A stretch of 32,000 nucleotides of DNA, from NCBI RefSeq assembly GCF_040050925.1, contig NZ_CP157390.1:885981-917980 (forward strand). The letters run 5' to 3'. This stretch comes from Leifsonia sp. NPDC080035. GTDB lineage: Bacteria > Actinomycetota > Actinomycetes > Actinomycetales > Microbacteriaceae. The notes under the pieces are model-generated. The model did no database searches. It worked only from the letters and a program-made list of their open reading frames with translations, and was not told the origin of the DNA. The translations under genes were made by a program, and so were the position numbers. This document shows positions 10,475 through 19,064 of the stretch, piece by piece (position 1 is the stretch's first letter; every line of letters starts with the position of its first letter).

Positions 10475-10519
10475 TGGAGCGGGAACTGCGGGTGCAACGG
10501 GTGCTACGGGTCCTACGGG
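10475..10519 (-). repeat. Five tandem 9-nt units (CCCGYWGNN on the mRNA strand) spanning the ADH stop codon and the ADH-permease spacer
   Basis: The minus strand reads CCCGTAGGA CCCGTAGCA CCCGTTGCA CCCGCAGTT CCCGCTCCA. The first two units each contain an in-frame TAG; the first is the ADH stop. Confidence 0.75.
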
Positions 10520-11610
10520 ATGAGCAGGGTGCGCAGGACCGAGCCCTTCTCGAGGTCGTCGAAGGCGTCGGCGGCCTCGGCGAGGGGGCGCCGGCCCGAG
10601 ATCAGCGGGTCGAGCTTGAGCTGGCCGTCCATGTAGCGGTCCACCAGCGCGGGGATGTCGATGGAGGGGCGCACCGAGCCGTAGTTGGAGCCGAGGATGC
10701 GCTGGTCCGCCTCCGCGAGCACGAGCGGCTCGAACGAGGCCTTCGCGCCCGTCGGCGGCAGGCCGACGATGACGGCGGCGCCGCCGAGGCCGAGCATCCG
10801 GATGGCCTGCTCGGTGGTGGAGGTGCGGCCGATCGCGTCGAAGGCGTAGTCCACGCCGTCCGGGATGAGCTCGAAGAGCTGGTCGACCGCGTCCGCCTGC
10901 GAGGCGTCGATGCGGTCGGTGGCGCCGAACTGGAGCGCCATCTGGGTCTTGTCGGCGAGCACATCGATCGCGACGATGCGCTCGGCGCCTGCGAGCTTCG
11001 CGCCCTGGACGACATTGAGGCCGACGCCGCCGCAGCCGATCACGGCGACGGTCGAGCCGGGCTCGACGGCGGCCGTGTTCAGGACAGCGCCGACGCCGGT
11101 GGCGACCGCGCAGCCGACGACGGCGATCACGTCGAGCGGCGCGTCGTCGCGCACCTTGACGGCGCCGGAGGCCGGGACGACGACCTCCTCGGCGAACGAG
11201 GAGACGCCGAGGTAGTGGTGCACCTGCTCGCCGTCGCGGGACAGCCGCGAGGTGCCGTCGAAGAGGACGCCCTTGGGCGCGACGACCGTGGCGACCTTCT
11301 GGCAGCGCGCCTCGTGGCCGGAGCGGCAGTACCGGCACTCGCCGCACGGCGGCACCCAGCTGAGGACGACGTGGTCGCCGACGGCGAGCGAGGTGACCCC
11401 GTCGCCGAGCTCGGTGACGACGCCGGAGCCCTCGTGTCCCATCACCAGCGGGGCAGGGGCGTCCCACTCGCCGCGCTTGACGTGCAGGTCGGAGTGGCAG
11501 ACGCCGGCGGCGGCGATCTTCACGCGGACCTCGCCGGGGCCCGGTGCCGCGAGCTCGACGTCGGTGTACTCGATCGGGGACGACGGGTCGCGGAAGACGA
11601 CGGCCTTCAT
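10513..11610 (-). CDS. Zinc-dependent alcohol dehydrogenase (class III / mycothiol-dependent formaldehyde dehydrogenase-like MDR)
   Basis: 365 aa. Catalytic Zn ligands lie in GVCHSDLH and GHEGSGVV. The structural Zn site is CGECRYCRSGHEARC. The Rossmann motif is VAVIGCGGVGLNVV. SD GAGGAG lies 5 nt upstream of the ATG at 11610. Confidence 0.9.
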   Translation of the reverse strand: MKAVVFRDPSSPIEYTDVELAAPGPGEVRVKIAAAGVCHSDLHVKRGEWDAPAPLVMGHEGSGVVTELGDGVTSLAVGDHVVLSWVPPCGECRYCRSGHEARCQKVATVVAPKGVLFDGTSRLSRDGEQVHHYLGVSSFAEEVVVPASGAVKVRDDAPLDVIAVVGCAVATGVGAVLNTAAVEPGSTVAVIGCGGVGLNVVQGAKLAGAERIVAIDVLADKTQMALQFGATDRIDASQADAVDQLFELIPDGVDYAFDAIGRTSTTEQAIRMLGLGGAAVIVGLPPTGAKASFEPLVLAEADQRILGSNYGSVRPSIDIPALVDRYMDGQLKLDPLISGRRPLAEAADAFDDLEKGSVLRTLLIP

Positions 11611-11740
11611 GGTGCTCCTCAGGTGTTCGTGTCCGGCGGGTTCGGGACCTCGCTCGATGCTAGGAAGCCGGAGCGCGGACTGTCATTCGACAAAACTGTG
11701 GACGCGGGTGCTCGGGATCGACATTCCGTACACTTGGCGG

Positions 11741-13195
11741 GTGACCCGCGACATCGCCTCCATCGTCCGTTCCCTCGGCGGCGAGCTCGTCGACGGGCCC
11801 AGAACGCCCGGAACGCCGGTGGACGAGGTGGTGGGGCTCGACGACTTCTCGGTGGTGGGGCACCCCGGCTTCGCGACCCTCGTGGTCGTGCCGGGGCGGC
11901 GTCTCGCCGACGCCCTCGGCGACGGGTCGCCGAGGGCCGCGTCGCTGCGGCAGGCGGTGCTGGTGACGCACGCCGGGGGTGCGGCCGCCCGGCGGACGGT
12001 CGAGGCGGCCGGCGCAACGGCCATCCTCGGCGCAGGCCCCTCCGACGAGCTGCTGGCGCCCCTGCTCACCGCGCTGCTGGCAGTCGACCAGGCGGCGGAG
12101 GACCGCGCGGTGACCACGGCGATGAAGGTGCTGACGCTTGCGGCACGGCGCGGCGGAGCATCGGGCGTCGTCGCGGAGCTGGCCCACCGCATCGACGGCT
12201 GGGCGGTGCTGCTCGACCGGCACGGGCAGGTCATCACCACGGCGGGCGCGGGCGGCCTGCACATCCAGGATGCGATCGCCGTCGCCCTCGGCCGCCCGGT
12301 GCGCGTGCGGCATCGCGGCCTCCAGGTGCACGCGGTGGGACCCGGCGAGGACCTCTCCGCGCAGCTCGTGGTCAGCTCGCGCACCGAGGCGTCGAGCCGG
12401 GCGCGCGAGCTCGGCTCGCAGGCCGCGGCGCTGCTCGACCTGCTGCTGCGCACGGACGACCCGACCCGCACCGAGCGGCTCGGGCGGGCCGTGATGGTGG
12501 ATGCGCTGCTCGGCGGCGGCGACGCCGCTCCCGCCCTGCTGCGCAAGTGGGGCGTCCACGAGACCTCGCTGACGGGGTTCGTGCTGACGGCGCGCTCGGC
12601 CTCGGTCGAGGTGGAGCGCCTGGTGTCGCACTGGCTGGACGAGCTCGGCGCTGCGCACATCCACACCGCCGACCGCGGGACGGTCACCGGGTTCCTGCGC
12701 GACGACCACGTGGATGCCCTCGCGTCGCGGGTGGACGCGTACTCGTCCGCGATGTTCCTCGGCATCGGCTCGCCCGCGCCGACCGACGCGCTGGGCCGCA
12801 GCGCCGCCGAGGCGCGCCAGGCGGTCGAGGCGGCGCGGGCGGAGGGACGGCGCGTCGTGCGCTACCGGACCATCCCCACGGTGCAGTACGTGATCGACCG
12901 GCTGGGCGACGGGGATGCGCGCCGGGTGGCGCACCTGCTCGATCCGCTCCGCGAGGCCGGCGGCGAGCACGACGGCGAGCACGGCGAGCTGACCGAGACG
13001 CTGCGGGTGTACCTGGCGGAGAACGGCGCGTGGGGCGTGACGGCGGAGCGCCTCGGCGTGCACCGGCAGACGCTCACCGCGCGCATCCACCGCGTCGAGG
13101 AGCTGACGGGACTCTCGATGGCGGACGCCGACGACCGCACCGCGGCATGGCTGGCCCTGCGCGCGCTCGCCTTGATGACGCCGAGGAGTGAGTAG
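11741..13195 (+). CDS. PucR-family transcriptional regulator
   Basis: 3' part of ORF 11252..13195. The C-terminal PucR-type HTH is LTETLRVYLAENGAWGVTAERLGVHRQTLTARIHRVEELTG. The start is uncertain. GTG at 11741 is preferred because TACACT sits 6 nt upstream and G/C-ending codons become dominant from about 11708 on. Alternatives are GTG 11708 and ATG 11657. The gene is divergent from the ADH-permease operon. Confidence 0.78.
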   Translation: MTRDIASIVRSLGGELVDGPRTPGTPVDEVVGLDDFSVVGHPGFATLVVVPGRRLADALGDGSPRAASLRQAVLVTHAGGAAARRTVEAAGATAILGAGPSDELLAPLLTALLAVDQAAEDRAVTTAMKVLTLAARRGGASGVVAELAHRIDGWAVLLDRHGQVITTAGAGGLHIQDAIAVALGRPVRVRHRGLQVHAVGPGEDLSAQLVVSSRTEASSRARELGSQAAALLDLLLRTDDPTRTERLGRAVMVDALLGGGDAAPALLRKWGVHETSLTGFVLTARSASVEVERLVSHWLDELGAAHIHTADRGTVTGFLRDDHVDALASRVDAYSSAMFLGIGSPAPTDALGRSAAEARQAVEAARAEGRRVVRYRTIPTVQYVIDRLGDGDARRVAHLLDPLREAGGEHDGEHGELTETLRVYLAENGAWGVTAERLGVHRQTLTARIHRVEELTGLSMADADDRTAAWLALRALALMTPRSE

Positions 13196-13252
13196 ATGCC
13201 GCTATTCCGCGTTCGATGAGGGCGTCTTCTCACCTCTCACCAAACGACCTCG

Positions 13253-15274
13253 TTACGCGTTCGCGGCGACGACCTCCAGCAACGCCTCGCCGTAGGCCTC
13301 GCGCTTCTTCGCACCGATGCCGCTGATGCCGTCGAGGTCGGCCATGCTCGCCGGGCGCGCGGACGCCACGGCACGCAGGGTCGCGTCGCCGAAGACGATG
13401 TAGGCGGGAACGCCCTGCTCGCGCGCCTGCCCGGCCCGCCACGAGCGCAGCGCCTCGAAGAGCGGCTGGTCGCCGGGCGCGAGATCGGCCGCGACGGTGC
13501 TGCGCGAGGACCGCGACGCGCGTTCCGGCCGGTCGGGCTCGCGGCGGAGCACCACCTGACGCTCCCCGGAGAGCACGGCGGCGCTCGCGGGGGTCAGCGT
13601 CAGCACGCCGTACTCCCCCTCCGGCTTCAGCAGCTCCTGCGCGATCAGCTGGCGGACCACGCCGCGCCACTGGCTCTCGTTCAGGTCCTCGCCGATGCCC
13701 CACGTCGCGAGGGCGTCGTGACCGTACTGCTCGACGCGAGCGGTGCGCTTGCCGCGCAGGATGTCGACGAGGTGGCCGGCACCGAAACGCTGGTTCCGCT
13801 CGCGCTTCAGCCGCACCACGGTGGAGAGCAGCTTCTGCGCGGGGACCGTGCCGTCCCAGCTCTCCGGCGGGGTGAGGCAGGTGTCGCAGTTGCCGCACGG
13901 CTCCGCGCGCTGGCCGAAGTAGTTCAGCAGGTTGACGCGGCGGCACTGCACCGTCTCGCAGAGCGCGAGCATCGCATCCAGGTGCTGCGTCATCCGCCGC
14001 CGGTGCGCCAGGTCGCCCGGGGAGTCGTCGATCATCCTGCGCTGCTGCACGACGTCCTGCAGGCCGTAGGCGAGCCAGGCGGTGGACGGCAGGCCGTCGC
14101 GTCCGGCGCGACCGGTCTCCTGGTAGTAGCCCTCGACCGACTTGGGCAGGTCGACGTGCGCGACGAACCGCACATCCGGCTTGTCGATCCCCATGCCGAA
14201 CGCGATGGTCGCCACCACGATCACGCCGTCCTCGCGCAGGAACCGGGACTGGGTCTGCGCGCGCAGCCGCGCGTCGAGACCGGCGTGGTACGGCAGGGCG
14301 GTCAGGCCGCGGGAGGACAGGAACTCCGCCGTCCGCTCGACGGAGTTGCGGGAGAGCGCGTAGACGATGCCCGCCTCACCGGGATGCTCGACCGTGATGA
14401 AGTCCAGCAGTTGCTTGCGCACCTCCGCCTTCGGCACGATGCGGTACTGGATGTTCGGCCGGTCGAAGTCGGAGACGAAGTGCTCCGCCTGCTCCAGCCT
14501 CAGGCGCTCGGTCAGCTCCTTGTGCGTCGCCTCGGTCGCGGTGGCGGTGAGCGCGATGCGCGGCACGTCCGGCCAACGCTCGGCGAGCTCGGACAGGGCG
14601 AGGTAGTCGGGCCGGAAGTCGTGCCCCCACTGCGAGACGCAGTGGGCCTCGTCGATGGCGAACAGGGCGATGCGGCCGCGCTCGAGGAAGCGCTTGGTCG
14701 CCTCGCTGGAGAGTCGCTCGGGGGCGACGTAGAGGATGTCCAGCTCGCCCGCGAGGTACGCCCGCTCGACGGTGGCGCGCTGCGCCGGGTCCTGTGTGGA
14801 GTTCAGGAATGCGGCCCGGACGCCGACCGCGGTCAGCGCATCCACCTGGTCCTGCATGAGCGCGATCAGCGGCGAGACGACCACGCCGGTGCCCTCGCGC
14901 ACGAGCGACGGGATCTGGTAGCAAAGCGACTTGCCGCCGCCGGTCGGCATGAGCACGACGGCGTCTCCGCCGGACACCACGCGGTCGATGATGGCGGCCT
15001 GCTGGCCGCGGAACGAGTCGTAGCCGAAGACGGCCCGCAGCGCCTCGGCGGGATCGGCGAACCGCGGCGGGGTCGCGCGGATCACGGGCGCAGCCGGCGC
15101 TGCAGGCGCTGCAGGCGCGGCGCGCGTGCCGGCGGCAGACATGGCCGGGGCACCGGGCACCGCCGTCGCCCACCCGCCGTCGGCGTACGGGTCGTCCGCG
15201 AAGTCCGGCGGCGGCGGCTCCTCGTCGAGGGGCGGCGCGTCCCGGTCGTCGGGCACCCAGGTGTTCCAGCTCAT
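13253..15274 (-). CDS. recQ: ATP-dependent DNA helicase RecQ
   Basis: Internal ATG of ORF 13253..15763 (MSWNTWVPDD), 673 aa. Motifs seen: Walker A MPTGGGKSLCYQIP, DEAH in FAIDEAHCVSQWGHDFRPDY, ALTATA, VATIAFGMGIDKPDVRFV, QETGRAGRDG. The RQC Zn finger is CRRVNLLNYFGQRAEPCGNCDTC. The C-terminal HRDC domain reads ATLRAVASARPASMADLDGISGIGAKKREAYG. TACGAT lies 6 nt upstream of the ATG. Confidence 0.93.
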   Translation of the reverse strand: MSWNTWVPDDRDAPPLDEEPPPPDFADDPYADGGWATAVPGAPAMSAAGTRAAPAAPAAPAAPVIRATPPRFADPAEALRAVFGYDSFRGQQAAIIDRVVSGGDAVVLMPTGGGKSLCYQIPSLVREGTGVVVSPLIALMQDQVDALTAVGVRAAFLNSTQDPAQRATVERAYLAGELDILYVAPERLSSEATKRFLERGRIALFAIDEAHCVSQWGHDFRPDYLALSELAERWPDVPRIALTATATEATHKELTERLRLEQAEHFVSDFDRPNIQYRIVPKAEVRKQLLDFITVEHPGEAGIVYALSRNSVERTAEFLSSRGLTALPYHAGLDARLRAQTQSRFLREDGVIVVATIAFGMGIDKPDVRFVAHVDLPKSVEGYYQETGRAGRDGLPSTAWLAYGLQDVVQQRRMIDDSPGDLAHRRRMTQHLDAMLALCETVQCRRVNLLNYFGQRAEPCGNCDTCLTPPESWDGTVPAQKLLSTVVRLKRERNQRFGAGHLVDILRGKRTARVEQYGHDALATWGIGEDLNESQWRGVVRQLIAQELLKPEGEYGVLTLTPASAAVLSGERQVVLRREPDRPERASRSSRSTVAADLAPGDQPLFEALRSWRAGQAREQGVPAYIVFGDATLRAVASARPASMADLDGISGIGAKKREAYGEALLEVVAANA

Positions 15275-15362
15275 CCCTCGATCGTAACGACCGCGTCCGA
15301 CGCGAGCCTGGGACGCGGGCGCCCTGTGGATAACCCGCCGAGCCGCACGGTAGCATCGGCGC
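15275..15362. promoter_or_regulatory. Divergent recQ / DHFR-like promoter region with two leaderless-type -10 hexamers
   Basis: Minus strand: TACGAT (15286..15281), 6 nt before the recQ ATG at 15274. Plus strand: TAGCAT (15351..15356), 6 nt before the ATG at 15363. A 13-bp palindrome CGCGTCCGACGCG lies at 15292..15304. Confidence 0.4.
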
Positions 15363-15932
15363 ATGCGCCGGCTGATCGTGACCGAGTTCCTGAGCCTTGA
15401 CGGCGTCGTCGAGGCGCCGGGCGGCGAGGCCGGACATCCGCACGCCGGCTGGACCATCCCGTACGGCGCGGACGACCTCTTCGCGTACAAGCTGCGGGAG
15501 ACGCAGGAGGCGGAGTCCCTGCTGCTCGGCAGGCGGACGTTCGAGCAGTTCGCCGAGGCGTGGCCCGGCCGCGACGGCGCCTTCGCGGAGAAGATGAACG
15601 CGATGCCGAAGACCGTGGTCACCACCCGCACCGACGAGCTCGGCTGGAGGGCCGAACGGCTCGACGCCCCGGGCGGGGTGCGCGCGGGGGTGGCCGCGCT
15701 CAAGGATGCCGACGGCGGCCCGATCCTGCTCGCGGGCAGCGCGACGCTCGCCCGGTCGCTCATCGTCTGGGGCCTCGTCGACGAGCTGCGGCTGCTTGTC
15801 TACCCCGTGCTGCTCGGCGGAGGAAAGCGGATCTTCCCTGACGACCGAGAGAAGTGGGCGTTCGAGCTCACCGAACTCGACCGCTTCTCCAGCGGCGCGG
15901 TCCTCCACACCTACCGCCTGGCCGGGAGCTGA
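15363..15932 (+). CDS. Dihydrofolate reductase-like (RibD C-terminal domain) family protein
   Basis: 189 aa. Starts MRRLIVTEFLSLDGVVEAPGG, with LLLGRRTFEQFAEAWP, ILLAGSATLARSLIVWGLVDELRLLVYPVLLGGGKRIFP. This is the characteristic YyaP/RibD_C family pattern. Confidence 0.8.
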   Translation: MRRLIVTEFLSLDGVVEAPGGEAGHPHAGWTIPYGADDLFAYKLRETQEAESLLLGRRTFEQFAEAWPGRDGAFAEKMNAMPKTVVTTRTDELGWRAERLDAPGGVRAGVAALKDADGGPILLAGSATLARSLIVWGLVDELRLLVYPVLLGGGKRIFPDDREKWAFELTELDRFSSGAVLHTYRLAGS

Positions 15933-16789
15933 TGCCGGCCGCACTGCTCGGCCTGGTCAGCGCTCTCGTCTACGGGTCGGCCGACTTCGTCGGCGGCGTC
16001 GCCTCCCGGCGCATCGGGCCGGTGCGCACCACGGCGACGGGCGCCGTGAGCGGGCTCGTCCTGCTGCTGATCGCACTGCCCTTCGTCGGCGGCGTCTGGT
16101 CCGCCTCCGCGGTCGGCTGGGGCGCGCTCTCCGGCGCGGTCGGGACGGTCGCGGTCGCCCTCCTCTACGCGTGCCTCGCGCTCGGGCCGATGAGCATCCT
16201 GTCGCCGCTGACGGCCCTGGTGTCCGCGGTCGTGCCGCTGGCGTGGGGTCTCATCGGCGGGGACCGGTTCGCGCCGATCGGCTACGTCGCCCTGGGTCTC
16301 GCACTGGTGGCGGTGGTGCTCGTCGGCTTCGTGCCGGAGCGCGGCGCCGTGCGGCCGAGTGGACGCGCGCTGCTGATGGCGGTGGCGGCGGGCGCGCTCA
16401 TCGGGGTCTTCCTCATCCTCCTCGACCAGACCCCTGCCGACTCCGGACTCGTGCCGCTGATCGCCAACCGCACGGTGAACGGCGCGATCATGTGGACGGT
16501 CGTCGGCATCCTGGTCCTGCGTGCCCGCGGCGGAGCCGGCGGCGCCGGGTTCACCCGGCGCGGGGCGGCGCTCGCGGCCGGCGCCGGCCTCCTTGACGCC
16601 TCCGCCAACGTGCTCATCCTGCTGGGCCTGCGGATCGGCGAGCTGTCGACGATGTCCGTCCTGGTCGCCCTCTACCCTGCCGGGACCATCCTGCTCGCCG
16701 CCTTCGTGCTGCGGGAGCGCATCGCCGCGGTGCAGTGGGTGGGACTGGTACTGGCGATCACCGCGGCCGGGATGCTCTCCGTGGCGTGA
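15932..16789 (+). CDS. EamA/DMT-superfamily transporter
   Basis: Internal ATG of ORF 15854..16789, overlapping the upstream stop (ATGA, translational coupling). 285 aa, about 10 TMS in two EamA-like halves ([15 protein letters not shown]..., [36 protein letters not shown]). Confidence 0.8.
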   Translation: MPAALLGLVSALVYGSADFVGGVASRRIGPVRTTATGAVSGLVLLLIALPFVGGVWSASAVGWGALSGAVGTVAVALLYACLALGPMSILSPLTALVSAVVPLAWGLIGGDRFAPIGYVALGLALVAVVLVGFVPERGAVRPSGRALLMAVAAGALIGVFLILLDQTPADSGLVPLIANRTVNGAIMWTVVGILVLRARGGAGGAGFTRRGAALAAGAGLLDASANVLILLGLRIGELSTMSVLVALYPAGTILLAAFVLRERIAAVQWVGLVLAITAAGMLSVA

Positions 16790-16848
16790 CGGCCGCGAAC
16801 GCGCCCCACGCGTACCCTGTACGGGGGACGAACGAAGGGCGCGCCGCA

Positions 16849-18405
16849 ATGACGACACCGCACGATCCGGCAGGGGAGCTGGAGAACCGCCACGAGCACC
16901 TGGGCGACGTCAGCCAGTCGGTCCAGGACTTCTCGAGCGAGCAGGAGGGGTACCACAAGACCCTCTCCGCGCGGCAGCTGCAGATGATCGCCATCGGCGG
17001 CGCGATCGGAACCGGCCTGTTCCTCGGCGCGGGCGGGCGGCTGGAGCAGGGCGGCCCGCTGCTGGTGCTCGTGTACGCGGTGTGCGGTTTCTTCGCCTTC
17101 CTGGTGCTGCGCGCGCTCGGCGAGCTCGTGCTGCACCGTCCGTCGTCCGGCTCGTTCGTGTCGTACGCCCGCGAGTTCTACGGCGAGAAGATGGCGTACG
17201 TCGCCGGCTGGATGTACTTCCTCAACTGGGCGATGACGGCGATCGTCGACTCCACCGCCGTCGCGCTCTACGTCAAGTACTGGAGCGCGTTCTCGGCGGT
17301 GCCGCAGTGGCTGCTCGCCCTCATCGCGCTCGTGGTCGTGGTCAGCCTCAACCTGATCTCGGTGAAGGTGTTCGGCGAGATGGAGTTCTGGTTCGCGCTG
17401 ATCAAGGTGGGTGCGCTCGTCGCCTTCCTGGTCGTCGGCATCGTCGTTCTCGCGGCCGGCTGGCCGACCGACGAGGGACCGACGGGCATCGCGATGCTCG
17501 CGGCCAACGGCTGGCTGCTCCCGCACGGCGTCGCCACGATCGGCATGGCCATCGTGCTCGTGCAGGGCGTGGTCTTCGCCTACGCGGCCATCGAGCTCGT
17601 CGGCATCGCCGCCGGTGAGACCGCGGAGCCGGAGAAGGTCATGCCGCGCGCGATCAACAGCGTGGTGTTCCGCATCGCCGTGTTCTACTGCGGCTCGGTG
17701 CTGCTGCTCGCTCTGCTTCTCCCGGCCAGCGCGTACAGCGGGAGCGAGAGCCCGTTCGTCACGTTCTTCAGCCACCTCGGCGGACCGGAGCTGAGCGCGA
17801 TCGTCGGCTCCGTGATGAACTTCGTCGTGCTGACCGCGGCGCTCTCCAGCCTGAACGCCGGGATGTACTCGACAGGCCGCATCCTGCACTCGATGGCGCA
17901 GACCGGTGCCGCCCCCGGCTTCACCGGACGCATGAACACGCGGGGCGTCCCCTACGGCGGCATCCTGCTCACGGCCTGCATCGGCGTGCTCGGCGTCTTC
18001 CTCAACCTGGTGGTGCCCGCGGAGGCGTTCAACATCGTCCTGAACGTCGCGTCGCTCGGGATCATCACCAGCTGGGCGATGATCGTGCTCTGCCAGATGC
18101 AGCTGCGGCGGTGGGCGCTGCAGGGCAAGATCGCACGGCCGTCGTTCCGGCTGTTCGGGGCGCCGTTCACCGCCTACCTCACCCTGCTGTTCCTGCTCGC
18201 GGTGCTGGTGCTGATGGCCTTCGACTACCCGACCGGCACCTGGACGGTGGCCTCGCTGGTCGTCATCATCCCGCTGCTCATCCTCGGCTGGTACGCGCAG
18301 CGGTCGCGCATCCTCGAGATCGCGCAGCAGCGGCAGGGCTATACCGGCGCGCACCCCGTGATCGCGGCGCGGCCGCCCCGGCGCCGTCGCCGCGACCGCG
18401 GCTGA
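16849..18405 (+). CDS. Amino acid permease, AAT family (AnsP/CycA/GabP-like)
   Basis: Internal ATG of ORF 16735..18405, 518 aa. Signature blocks: [101 protein letters not shown]. Confidence 0.9.
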   Translation: MTTPHDPAGELENRHEHLGDVSQSVQDFSSEQEGYHKTLSARQLQMIAIGGAIGTGLFLGAGGRLEQGGPLLVLVYAVCGFFAFLVLRALGELVLHRPSSGSFVSYAREFYGEKMAYVAGWMYFLNWAMTAIVDSTAVALYVKYWSAFSAVPQWLLALIALVVVVSLNLISVKVFGEMEFWFALIKVGALVAFLVVGIVVLAAGWPTDEGPTGIAMLAANGWLLPHGVATIGMAIVLVQGVVFAYAAIELVGIAAGETAEPEKVMPRAINSVVFRIAVFYCGSVLLLALLLPASAYSGSESPFVTFFSHLGGPELSAIVGSVMNFVVLTAALSSLNAGMYSTGRILHSMAQTGAAPGFTGRMNTRGVPYGGILLTACIGVLGVFLNLVVPAEAFNIVLNVASLGIITSWAMIVLCQMQLRRWALQGKIARPSFRLFGAPFTAYLTLLFLLAVLVLMAFDYPTGTWTVASLVVIIPLLILGWYAQRSRILEIAQQRQGYTGAHPVIAARPPRRRRRDRG

Positions 18406-18454
18406 GCCGGCAACGTTGTAAGGCAAGCCTTACCTCTCCTAGGCTGGTGATGCC

Positions 18455-19057
18455 ATGACGAACACCAGCACCCGCCTCCTGCTCACCTGCGCCGCCATCG
18501 GCGTCGCGGGCGGAATCGTGTTCTCGGTGTCCGCCTACATCTCCGGGACCCTCGCCGCCGCCGCGCCCATGTTCTACGGCGCGGTCATCGGCGTCTACTT
18601 CCTGCCCGGCGTTGTGGCGCAGGCACTGCTGCGGCGGGGCGGCGTCGCCCTCATCACCTCGGTGATCGCGGGTCTCGTCTCCGTTCCGTTCCAGCCGATC
18701 GGCTTCATGGCGGTCATGGCCGCCGGATCCATCGGGCTGCTGCAGGAGGTGCCGTTCGCCGTCACGCTCTACCGGTACTGGAAGGCCTGGCTGTTCTACC
18801 TGGCGGTGACGATCGCCGGGCTGCTCTTCGGGCTCGGGGTGTTCGTCGCCCAGGGCGCCGAACAGGCGGCGCCGTGGGTGCAGATCGTGCACGTCGGGCT
18901 GTTCGTGGCGAGCCCCATCCTCTTCACCTGGATCGGCCGCACGGTCGCGAAGGGACTCGACCGCACCGGCGCCGGCCGCGGCCTGCAGCTGCCGGTCGTC
19001 CGCCCGCGCACTCGCCAGGGCCGCGACCGCGACGCGCTGCCGATGACGGCCGCCTGA
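18455..19057 (+). CDS. ECF transporter substrate-capture (S) component, YkoE-like
   Basis: 200 aa, about 6 TMS, no soluble domain. It lies immediately upstream of a fused ECF ATPase and a T component. The order S-AA'-T and the sequence style (TRLLLTCAAIGVAGGIVF...) resemble the YkoE (HMP/thiamine-precursor) group. The family call is from memory only. Confidence 0.65.
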   Translation: MTNTSTRLLLTCAAIGVAGGIVFSVSAYISGTLAAAAPMFYGAVIGVYFLPGVVAQALLRRGGVALITSVIAGLVSVPFQPIGFMAVMAAGSIGLLQEVPFAVTLYRYWKAWLFYLAVTIAGLLFGLGVFVAQGAEQAAPWVQIVHVGLFVASPILFTWIGRTVAKGLDRTGAGRGLQLPVVRPRTRQGRDRDALPMTAA

Positions 19058-19064
19058 GGCCGGG

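Noticed and set aside
10429-10515. Stop-codon read-through fusing the ADH to the permease, which share a frame.
   Set aside because: It would need suppression of two UAG codons 9 nt apart, and the permease has its own SD and ATG. I kept it only as a curiosity within the repeat finding.
9406-13191. A 1261-aa + strand ORF, and similar very long ORFs: 2412..4757 +, 6479..7765 +, 13718..15400 +, 14376..15944 -, 16672..18426 -, 18924..20636 -, 19622..21589 -, 25587..27365 -, 29645..31288 +.
   Set aside because: All are antisense to, or out of frame with, genes that have clear family motifs. Their translations are Arg/Gly/Ala/Pro/Asp-rich low-complexity strings with no motifs. Stop codons are rare in every frame at this GC content, so ORF length is not evidence of coding.
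18418-18433. Small hairpin GTAAGG-CAAG-CCTTAC after the amino-acid permease stop, as a possible terminator.
   Set aside because: The stem is only 6 bp with low stability and no U-tract. Too weak to call.
18406-18454. Possible TPP (THI-box) riboswitch ahead of the ECF S component. GCTGAGCC and CTGGTGATGCCA faintly resemble the CUGAGA and CUGGAUAAUGCCAGC cores.
   Set aside because: Only 49 nt are available and most of the conserved aptamer is absent. The resemblance is limited to a few bases.
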